This document shows, piece by piece, positions 1 to 5,895 of a stretch of 7,671 nucleotides of DNA; positions within the stretch are counted from its first letter, which is position 1, and each line of letters begins with the position of its first letter. The notes below the pieces were generated by a model. That model worked only from the letters and a program-made list of their open reading frames with translations. It was not told where the DNA came from and searched no databases. The DNA is from an uncultured archaeon (GTDB lineage Archaea; Iainarchaeota; Iainarchaeia; Iainarchaeales; CSSED10-239): positions 12,733-20,403 of the forward strand of contig CAYXWT010000009.1 of the NCBI GenBank assembly GCA_964468895.1, in the 5' to 3' direction. The translations under genes were made by a program, and so were the position numbers.

Positions 1-37
1 ATGTTTTTGTTTATTTTTATTAAAGTAGGTGGTACTT

Positions 38-640
38 ATGAGAAAAATTGTTTATCCAGGTGAGTTTTTAACAGATCAAAGAAAAAGATTAGGTGCAAAC
101 ATATATTTAGAATCTAATAAAGTATATAGTTTAGCTTTAGGTTTATTAGTAGAATCTAATGATTTTATTTCTGTAATACCTTTAAATGGACCTTATCTAG
201 CAAACATTGGTGATGGTGTTATAGGTGTTATAAAATCAGAAAATGCAAACGGATATATTATAGATATTAGTAGTGTTTATGAATCTTATTTTCCTAAATC
301 TTTACTTACAAAAAAATTAAATATTGGAGATTTAATTTATGCAAGAGTTAAAAGTACAGATGATGGTTTAAGTTTAGATAATATAAATATTTTACCAAAA
401 GGTAATGTTATGTCAATATCATCAAAAAAAGTACCTAGAATTATTGGTAAAAATGAATCTATGTTAAATATTTTAAAAAAATATACTTCTTCAAATATAG
501 TAATTGGTAAAAATGGAAGAATATGGTATATTTCCAAAAAAGAAAAATTATTAGAAAAAGCAATTTCTATAATTATTAAAAATTCACAAAAATCAAAATT
601 AACTGATTTTGTAGAAAATTATCTTAAAAGTAAATTATAA
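38..640 (+). CDS. rrp4: Exosome RNA-binding cap subunit Rrp4 (N-terminal domain + S1 + KH)
   Basis: ORF track 29..640. The translation follows archaeal Rrp4 along its whole length as I recall it: IVYPGEFL N-terminus, VIPLNG, GDGVIGVI at the S1 start, then KH-type KVPRIIGKNESM and VIGKNGRIW. It lies directly upstream of rrp41/rrp42. I moved the start from GTG 29 to ATG 38, which has AGGTGG (27-32) 5 nt upstream. Confidence 0.85.
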   Translation: MRKIVYPGEFLTDQRKRLGANIYLESNKVYSLALGLLVESNDFISVIPLNGPYLANIGDGVIGVIKSENANGYIIDISSVYESYFPKSLLTKKLNIGDLIYARVKSTDDGLSLDNINILPKGNVMSISSKKVPRIIGKNESMLNILKKYTSSNIVIGKNGRIWYISKKEKLLEKAISIIIKNSQKSKLTDFVENYLKSKL

Positions 641-668
641 AAAAATTATATTATAGGATTTGATATAT

Positions 669-1379
669 ATGAATGAAGAAAAAAGACATGATGGTCGTAG
701 TAATGATGACCTAAGAAAAATAAAAATTGAATTAGGTGTAAATAAAAATGCAGATGGTTCTTGTTTATTTACATGGGGTAAAAATATTGTTTTAGCAACA
801 GTTCATGGACCTAAACCAATGTTCCCAAAACATTTATCTAATGCAAATAAAGCTGTTGTAGATTATAAATATAGAATGGCTTGTTTTTCTGTAACTGAAA
901 GAAAATCACCAGTTCCAGGCAAAAGAGATAAAGAAATTTCATTAGTTTCAGCTAATGCACTAGAAAGTGCAATAAAAACAGAATTATTTCCTAATACTGT
1001 TATAGAAGTAAATGCTTTAATTTTATCTGCTGATGCTGGTACTAGAGTTGCAGCATTAACTGCAGCATCATTAGCACTTGCTGACGCTGGAATACCTATG
1101 AAAGGATTAATAAGTTCAGTTGCAGCTGGAAGAGCAAATAAAGAACTTATTTTAGATTTAGATAAACATGAAGAAGATGCACCAGATGCAGTAGATATGG
1201 CTTGTGCTGTATTAATGCCTCAAAAAGAAATTGCTTTATTACAAATGGATGGTTATGTAAATATAAAAGATTGTGAAGCAATATTAGATCAAGCAATTAA
1301 AGGTGCAGAAAAAGTTTATGAAATGCAAAAACAAGTTTTAATTAATAAATATCCTATAGAAGGTGAAATTAATGAGTAA
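669..1379 (+). CDS. rrp41: Exosome catalytic RNase PH-domain subunit Rrp41
   Basis: ORF track 660..1379. Strong resemblance to Sulfolobus-type Rrp41: HDGRSNDDLRKIKIELGV.KNADGS, VHGPKPM.PKH, SADAGTR (phosphate-binding loop, DAGTR at 1032-1046), ASLALADAGIPMKGL, LDLDKHEED...DM. ATG 669 is preferred over TTG 660, because that TTG lies inside a TTGAT Shine-Dalgarno-like motif. Confidence 0.9.
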   Translation: MNEEKRHDGRSNDDLRKIKIELGVNKNADGSCLFTWGKNIVLATVHGPKPMFPKHLSNANKAVVDYKYRMACFSVTERKSPVPGKRDKEISLVSANALESAIKTELFPNTVIEVNALILSADAGTRVAALTAASLALADAGIPMKGLISSVAAGRANKELILDLDKHEEDAPDAVDMACAVLMPQKEIALLQMDGYVNIKDCEAILDQAIKGAEKVYEMQKQVLINKYPIEGEINE

Positions 1380-2178
1380 TGAAAATATTTTAGATGTATT
1401 AGATGCACAAAAAGTAAAAAGCTCTTTAAAAGAATCTAAAAGATTAGATGGTAGAGATTTTAAAGAAGCTAGAAATTTAGAAATAGAAACAGGAGTTGTT
1501 TCTTCTGCTGATGGTTCAGCTCACATTAAATTAGGTAATACAGAAATTTTAGCAGGTGTTAAATTTTCTATAGGAAAACCTTATCCAGATAGTCCTGAAA
1601 AAGGAGCTATGATATTTAATTTAGAATTAAGTGCAGTTGCTGGACATGATTTTCAAACAGGTCCTCCTAGAATAGAATCTGTTGAATTTGGAAGAGTTGC
1701 AGATAGAGCAATTAGATCTGCAGAATGTATTGATTTTTCTAAATTATGTGTTGTTCCTGGTGAACATGTTTTACTTATATTTGTAGATTGTTATGTACTT
1801 AATGCTGATGGTAACTTAATAGATGCAGCAGAATATGCAGCTATGGCAGCACTTTTAGATGCTAAGATACCAAAATTAGATGATAATTATAAAATCATCT
1901 ATTCAGAATATACTCAAGACAAATTAGCTATTGATATAAATAAATTTCCTGCTTCATTTACATTTTATAAAGTAGATGGTAAAATTATATGTGATGCAAC
2001 TAATGCTGAAGAAAAGGCAAGTGATTGTAGATTTTCAATAGGTGTAGTAGATGATAATATAGTTTCTTATCATAAAGGTGGAATTGGTACTTTTACATCT
2101 TTAGAAATTAAAGAAATGATGAAATTAGCTGTTGAAAAATATGGTGCTATAAAAACAAAAATATGTGATGCGAAATGA
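1372..2178 (+). CDS. rrp42: Exosome non-catalytic RNase PH-domain subunit Rrp42
   Basis: ORF track 1363..2178. Rrp42-like motifs: RLDGRDFKEAR, SADGSAHIKLGNTEILAGVK, KPYPDSPEKG, GPP..ESVEFGRVADRAIR, VDCYVLNADGNLIDAA. ATG 1372 is preceded by AGGTGA (1361-1366) and overlaps the rrp41 stop (ATGAGTAA), consistent with translational coupling. Confidence 0.9.
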   Translation: MSNENILDVLDAQKVKSSLKESKRLDGRDFKEARNLEIETGVVSSADGSAHIKLGNTEILAGVKFSIGKPYPDSPEKGAMIFNLELSAVAGHDFQTGPPRIESVEFGRVADRAIRSAECIDFSKLCVVPGEHVLLIFVDCYVLNADGNLIDAAEYAAMAALLDAKIPKLDDNYKIIYSEYTQDKLAIDINKFPASFTFYKVDGKIICDATNAEEKASDCRFSIGVVDDNIVSYHKGGIGTFTSLEIKEMMKLAVEKYGAIKTKICDAK

Positions 2179-2399
2179 CAACAAAGAAAGTTAAACAAAC
2201 TGGAAAATATGGTGTTAGATCTGGTGTTGGAATAAGAAAAAAATATCTTTTAGCAACACAAGATAAAAGTAAAAAAGAATGTCCTAATTGTGGGGCAGTA
2301 AATAAAATAAAAAGAAAAGCAGCAGGTATTTATTTTTGTGAAAATTGCAAAACTAAAATAGCTGGCGGTGCTTATAAATTTAAAACAGCAAATAAATAG
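2175..2399 (+). CDS. rpl37ae: Large-subunit ribosomal protein eL43 (L37Ae), zinc-ribbon
   Basis: 74 aa. TKKV..TGKYGVRSG..IRKK N-terminus, a CPNC...CENC four-Cys ribbon, and a GGAY motif near the C-terminus. The start overlaps the rrp42 stop by 4 nt (ATGA). GTGAT at 2165-2169 lies 5 nt upstream. Confidence 0.9.
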   Translation: MTTKKVKQTGKYGVRSGVGIRKKYLLATQDKSKKECPNCGAVNKIKRKAAGIYFCENCKTKIAGGAYKFKTANK

Positions 2400-2413
2400 G
2401 AATGTGATTGTTT

Positions 2414-2542
2414 ATGTATGTTTGTTCCAATTGTAAAGAAGAATATGATGAATATCCAGAAAGTAAGAAATGTAGATTATGTTCTTGTAGAGTTTTTTTT
2501 AAGAAAAGAGATCCTGTTATAAGAAAAGTAAATACAGATTAA
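2414..2542 (+). CDS. rpoP: DNA-directed RNA polymerase subunit P (Rpo12 / RPABC4 homologue), 42 aa zinc ribbon
   Basis: Not in the supplied ORF track (too short). My hand translation gives MYVCSNCKEEYDEYPESKKCRLCSCRVFFKKRDPVIRKVNTD*. It has a CxxC...CxxC ribbon followed by a basic R.(F/L)FK.R tail, as in archaeal RpoP. GTGAT at 2404-2408 lies 5 nt before the ATG. It occupies the expected slot between L37Ae and the Brix gene in the conserved superoperon. Confidence 0.75.
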   Translation: MYVCSNCKEEYDEYPESKKCRLCSCRVFFKKRDPVIRKVNTD

Positions 2543-2554
2543 TTTTTGATAAAA

Positions 2555-3025
2555 ATGTTTATATTAGGCTCTAGGAATGCAAATCTTGATCAAAAAAAGT
2601 TTATAAAATATCTTTGTAATTTTTTATTTGGTTTAAAATTTATTCCTAGAGGAAAAACAAGTCTTAAAAAATTGTTTGAAAAATCAAAATATTTTTCTTA
2701 TAATTATTTTTTACTTTGTTCAAAAGTAAGAGGTTTTAAAGACAAATTATTACTCAATATTTATAAATTAGATGGTAGTAATTATTTATTAGATAAAAAA
2801 TATATAATTTCAAATATAAAATATGTTTCTAGTATTTCAAAAATAAAAAATATGTTTGTTGAAATTAATGATTTTAAAGATATATTTTATTTTTTAGATA
2901 ATAAATATAAATCTAAAGATGAATATTATACTTACAAGTTAGATTCAAATAACAAATTATCTTTTATTTGTAAGGATAAAGAATTAGGTTTTTCATTTAA
3001 TTTAGAAAAAGTGATAATATGCTAA
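2555..3025 (+). CDS. Brix/Imp4-type domain protein (archaeal ribosome-biogenesis-like RNA-binding protein)
   Basis: ORF track 2546..3025. The N-terminus MFILGSRNANLDQKKFIKYL......IPRGKTSLKKL parallels the archaeal Brix protein pattern (..TTSR.PS...R.F...L........RGK.SL). Size (~157 aa) and position after rpoP fit. The remainder is divergent. ATG 2555 is preferred over TTG 2546. Confidence 0.7.
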   Translation: MFILGSRNANLDQKKFIKYLCNFLFGLKFIPRGKTSLKKLFEKSKYFSYNYFLLCSKVRGFKDKLLLNIYKLDGSNYLLDKKYIISNIKYVSSISKIKNMFVEINDFKDIFYFLDNKYKSKDEYYTYKLDSNNKLSFICKDKELGFSFNLEKVIIC

Positions 3026-3270
3026 AATCAATTATTTCTTCTAATATAAAAATAAAATCTAATGATCCAAACAATTTAAAAAAATTATTAGATTTAGAAG
3101 TTAATAGACATAAATATGATAGATCAGAATCTAAAATAACAATAGATGAAAAAAATCAAATTTTAGAAATTAATATTTTTACAAAAGATCTAATAGCTTA
3201 TAAAGCAACAGTTAATAATTATATTAATTTATTAGAACTTATAAAAAAAGCTAGTGAGGTAGAATTATGA
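3019..3270 (+). CDS. pcc1: KEOPS complex subunit Pcc1-like protein
   Basis: 83 aa. The C-terminal half, ILEINIFTKDLIAYKATVNNYINLLELIKKASEVE, parallels archaeal Pcc1 (..ILDIKATD..ALRGTVNSYLRWIK....). It has the conserved position immediately upstream of prefoldin beta. It overlaps the Brix stop by 7 nt, and GTGAT at 3011-3015 lies just upstream. Confidence 0.7.
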   Translation: MLKSIISSNIKIKSNDPNNLKKLLDLEVNRHKYDRSESKITIDEKNQILEINIFTKDLIAYKATVNNYINLLELIKKASEVEL

Positions 3271-3608
3271 GTGATGCAAATTCAACAACTATATATAAGC
3301 AACAATTAATGTTTGTAACCAGACAAAAACAACAATTAGAAGTTCAAAAAAATGTTTTAGATAATGCCATTAAAGAACTTGAAAAAACAAAAGATAAAAA
3401 AGTTTACAAAGGTATAGGTAATATTTTTATAAACTCAGATAAAGATGATGTTATTAAAGATACAAAAGATTTTAAAGAAACTGTAGATTTAAAAATAAAA
3501 AACTTACAAAAACAAGAAGAAGATATAATCGGTAAATTAAATTCTTTAAGTAAATCTAGTTCTGAAGAAGATAATGGTAAAGATAATAATACTGAAGGTA
3601 TTGCATAA
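3267..3608 (+). CDS. pfdB: Prefoldin beta subunit
   Basis: 113 aa. Two heptad-rich, coiled-coil-like segments flank a central VYKGIGNIFINSDKDDV (beta-hairpin region, cf. VYK.VG.LLVK..K.E). ATGA overlap with the pcc1 stop. GAGGT at 3256-3260 lies 6 nt upstream. The low-complexity Ser/Asp/Asn C-terminal tail is not typical of the family. Confidence 0.85.
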   Translation: MSDANSTTIYKQQLMFVTRQKQQLEVQKNVLDNAIKELEKTKDKKVYKGIGNIFINSDKDDVIKDTKDFKETVDLKIKNLQKQEEDIIGKLNSLSKSSSEEDNGKDNNTEGIA

Positions 3609-3611
3609 ATT

Positions 3612-3640
3612 TAATTTATTTTAAATAAATTATTTTTTTT
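3612..3640 (+). terminator. Putative operon terminator: A/T-only palindrome followed by T8
   Basis: A perfect palindrome, TTAATTTATT-T-AATAAATTAA type (arms 3612-3621 and 3623-3632, centre 3622), starts 4 nt after the pfdB stop. It is followed by A then TTTTTTTT (3633-3640). Oligo-T tracts are the known archaeal termination signal. The element overlaps the 3' end of the convergent gene. Confidence 0.4.
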
Positions 3641-4032
3641 CCTACTTTTATTTTTTTTCTTTTTGAATATTTAATAAGATAATGTATAGTACTTTTAGGT
3701 ATTTTTAATTTTTCAGCTAGTTCTCTATAAGAATAATCTTTATACATTTTAATAATCTTTTTAAGTTTATTAATATCAATTTCTATAGCTCTACCTTGTT
3801 CTTTTTTAATATATAGTTTTATGTTTTCTTTTTGAATAATTTTTTTGCAATTTTTAGAAAATCTATTTCTAGTAGATTTAGAAACTGTAATTAATTTTAA
3901 TTTTTTACATTTTAAAATTATTTTTTCAATAACTTTTTTAGAAAAAGATTTTGTAATATGTAATTCTTCGCAATCTTTATTTATATATTTTACTCTTTTG
4001 CTATCATTTAAATTGTCTTTTATTTTATACAT
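3616..4032 (-). CDS. Small Lys-rich protein with C-terminal helix-turn-helix (putative DNA-binding regulator; function unknown)
   Basis: 138-aa ORF filling the gap between two confidently called genes. The C-terminal segment YSYRELAEKLKIPKSTIHYLIK looks like a resolvase/sigma-type HTH preceded by a ..GR.. stretch. The N-terminal pattern ELHI..SFS....I.KI...C.KLK.I.VS.S...R.S....I....IKL loosely recalls the archaeal DUF1699 family. That assignment is from memory and low confidence. Confidence 0.6.
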   Translation of the reverse strand: MYKIKDNLNDSKRVKYINKDCEELHITKSFSKKVIEKIILKCKKLKLITVSKSTRNRFSKNCKKIIQKENIKLYIKKEQGRAIEIDINKLKKIIKMYKDYSYRELAEKLKIPKSTIHYLIKYSKRKKIKVGKKIIYLK

Positions 4033-4155
4033 CTTAAATCTAATTTTTAAAATTTATTTTATTAATTTACAAAGTATAAATATATTTATACAAATATATT
4101 TATAAACTATATTACTCTATTAATAATATAACCTTTAGTTTTGATATTTGATAAT
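4033..4155. promoter_or_regulatory. Divergent intergenic promoter region (HTH gene to the left, antiporter to the right) with TATA-like boxes
   Basis: 123-bp A/T-rich spacer between divergent start codons. It contains TTTATA/TTTATAAA elements (4085-4090, 4099-4106) that also read as TATA-like on the opposite strand. Their spacing to the two ATGs fits archaeal TATA boxes about 25-30 nt upstream of a transcription start with a short leader. Confidence 0.35.
4078..4104. repeat. Tandem direct repeat 2 x AAATATATTTATA (14-bp period), each copy containing the 10-bp palindrome AAATATATTT
   Basis: Read directly from the sequence: 4078-4090 and 4092-4104 are identical 13-mers separated by a single C (4091). 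AAATATATTT is its own reverse complement. Confidence 0.8.
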
Positions 4156-5895
4156 ATGTTAGAATCTACTTTAGCAAGTCTTATTAGTCTTGGAATTATA
4201 ATAGTCAGTGCAACTATAATGACATACATATTTAATAGACTTAAACAGCCATCGGTATTGGCTTTTATTTTAACAGGTATTATCATAGGTCCTATGGTTT
4301 TAGGTCTTGTAGGTAATACTGAAGAGATTAAATTATTATCTGAAATTGGAATTGCTTTTTTACTATTTAGTGTTGGTGTTGGCACTGATATTAAAGAAAT
4401 AAAACAAATTAATCTTTCAGTCTTTTTAGTACCGGTTATAAATATTGTTATATCTTTTTTGTTATTTTTATTATTTAAGAATGTGTTTTTAGTAGATTTA
4501 GTTCAAGCACTTTATCTTAGTTTTATAGTTTCTTTTAGTTCTACAATGTTAGTTGTAAAACTATTTATGGATAATTTGCAACTTAATTCATTACATGGAA
4601 AATTATCAGTTGGTATTTTACTAGCAGAAGATTTATTAGCAGTTTTGGCAATACCTATTTTAAAAAATATAAGTTCATTTTCTTTATTATTTTTAGGAGG
4701 AGTTATTCTAAAAACAATTGTTTTTATCCTATTTGCATATTTTTTATATAAAGTTGTATATCCTAATTTAATTAAAAAATCTTATAGATCAGAACAAAGT
4801 TTTTTTCTTCTTTCAATTGCAAGTTGTTTTATTTTTATTTTATTATCTATTAAACTAGATTTTCCAATAGCAATAGGTGCTTTTTTTGGAGGACTTGCTA
4901 TATCAATTTATCCTTATAATCTAGAAATATCTAATAAAATTTCAGGAATTAGAAATTTGTTATCTATGATATTTTTTGTATCTTTAGGAATGCAATTATC
5001 TTTTAATATTTCATCTAACATTTATTTTTTTGTAGGACTTTTAATTTTAGTTTTTTTAATTAAACCTTTAATACATTTTTTTATGATATTATTTTCTGGT
5101 TATGGTCTAAAAATATCCTCTCAAGTTGCTTTAAATTTAGCACAAATATCAGAATTTTCTTTAATACTTGCGATGCAAGGTTTTAATTTAGCACAAATTA
5201 CTTCTGCTCAATATAATGCTGTAATAATAGTAACATCTTTATCTATGCTTCTAACACCTTACATTATGAAATCTAATAAATTAGTATCAGATATTTTTAA
5301 ACCCTTTGCCAAACATTATAAAAGCAAACATTTTTCTAGAAAAATTGATGCCTTAAAAAATATTCCTAAAAACTTATCTGATCATATTGTAATTGTTGGT
5401 TCTGATGTTATTGGTGAAGCTGTTGTTAAAGTTTTAGGAAGAGATGTAGAAATACCTTTAATGATTGTAGATTTTAATCCAGATAAAATATTGCATTTAA
5501 TTAGTAAAAATATTAATTGTATTTGTGGAGATATTAATTCTGAAGATATAATTAGTTCTTTAGCTTTAAATAAAGCTAAATTAATTGTAACTACACTTCC
5601 ACGTTTTGATGATACTATAAGATTTGTAAATATTGTTAAATCTAAAAATCCTAATTTAAAAATTTATTCTAGAGCTAAAACTAAATCTCAAGCTGTAAAA
5701 TTATATCAAATAGGAGTAGATTTAGTTATTTTGCCATCTGTTTTGGAATCAAACTATCTTTTAGATAAAATATATAATTTTATTAGATATGGTAGTGAAA
5801 GTGTATCTTCTTTAAAATCAGCATATTTAAGTTATTTAGAAAAAGATGTTAAAAGTAATAAAGAATTTCTTAAAAAAAGAAAAAATAAATTTTAA
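4156..5895 (+). CDS. CPA2-family (Kef-type) monovalent cation:proton antiporter with C-terminal RCK/TrkA-N domain
   Basis: ORF track 4141..5895. About 380 aa of multi-pass hydrophobic sequence carry Na_H_Exchanger-type motifs (QPSVLAFILTGIIIGP near the N-terminus, LLAEDLLAVLAIPIL). A soluble Rossmann-like domain follows (HIVIVGSDVIGEAV...IPLMIVDFNPDKI...GDINSEDI...KLIVTTL). ATG 4156 is preferred over TTG 4141. Confidence 0.85.
   Translation: MLESTLASLISLGIIIVSATIMTYIFNRLKQPSVLAFILTGIIIGPMVLGLVGNTEEIKLLSEIGIAFLLFSVGVGTDIKEIKQINLSVFLVPVINIVISFLLFLLFKNVFLVDLVQALYLSFIVSFSSTMLVVKLFMDNLQLNSLHGKLSVGILLAEDLLAVLAIPILKNISSFSLLFLGGVILKTIVFILFAYFLYKVVYPNLIKKSYRSEQSFFLLSIASCFIFILLSIKLDFPIAIGAFFGGLAISIYPYNLEISNKISGIRNLLSMIFFVSLGMQLSFNISSNIYFFVGLLILVFLIKPLIHFFMILFSGYGLKISSQVALNLAQISEFSLILAMQGFNLAQITSAQYNAVIIVTSLSMLLTPYIMKSNKLVSDIFKPFAKHYKSKHFSRKIDALKNIPKNLSDHIVIVGSDVIGEAVVKVLGRDVEIPLMIVDFNPDKILHLISKNINCICGDINSEDIISSLALNKAKLIVTTLPRFDDTIRFVNIVKSKNPNLKIYSRAKTKSQAVKLYQIGVDLVILPSVLESNYLLDKIYNFIRYGSESVSSLKSAYLSYLEKDVKSNKEFLKKRKNKF

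Noticed and set aside
3-23. Possible 3' tail of an upstream gene (frame 3, ...VFVYFY then TAA at 21-23), plus a 21-codon ATG ORF starting at position 1
   Set aside because: There is far too little sequence to support either. The short ATG ORF at position 1 runs into rrp4 out of frame and has no ribosome-binding motif. An upstream superoperon gene probably ends near here, but that cannot be shown from 20 nt.
29-37. GTG at 29 as the rrp4 start; likewise TTG at 660, GTG at 1363, TTG at 2546 and TTG at 4141 as given in the ORF track
   Set aside because: Each has an in-frame ATG 9-15 nt downstream with a better-placed GGTGA/GTGAT-type motif. Several of these alternative codons are themselves part of that motif. 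This is not fully excluded without N-terminal data.
337-537. 66-aa minus-strand ORF from the track
   Set aside because: It lies entirely antisense within the well-supported rrp4 CDS. Its Phe/Ile/Leu-rich translation is typical of antisense reading of an A-rich gene, and it has no recognisable motif.
703-709. C-box-like ATGATGA inside rrp41; similar TGATGA strings occur near 2446 and 3451
   Set aside because: No D box (CTGA) lies within about 50-70 nt downstream. These strings simply encode Asn-Asp-Asp / Tyr-Asp-Glu type residues.
3633-3660. Long homopolymeric T/A runs (also 5894-5900, 6413-6420 and others) as programmed frameshift or phase-variation sites
   Set aside because: Such runs are everywhere in this composition and mostly encode Lys or Phe. 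No alternative frame downstream of any run continues a conserved protein, so nothing supports slippage-dependent expression.
3845-4105. 86-aa plus-strand ORF from the track
   Set aside because: It is antisense to the HTH gene and runs into the promoter spacer. The translation is low-complexity F/L/I, there is no ribosome-binding motif, and stop codons are simply rare on the T-rich strand.
4107-4385. 92-aa minus-strand ORF from the track
   Set aside because: It is antisense to the conserved N-terminal transmembrane region of the antiporter. Accepting it would remove the divergent promoter, and it has no family resemblance.
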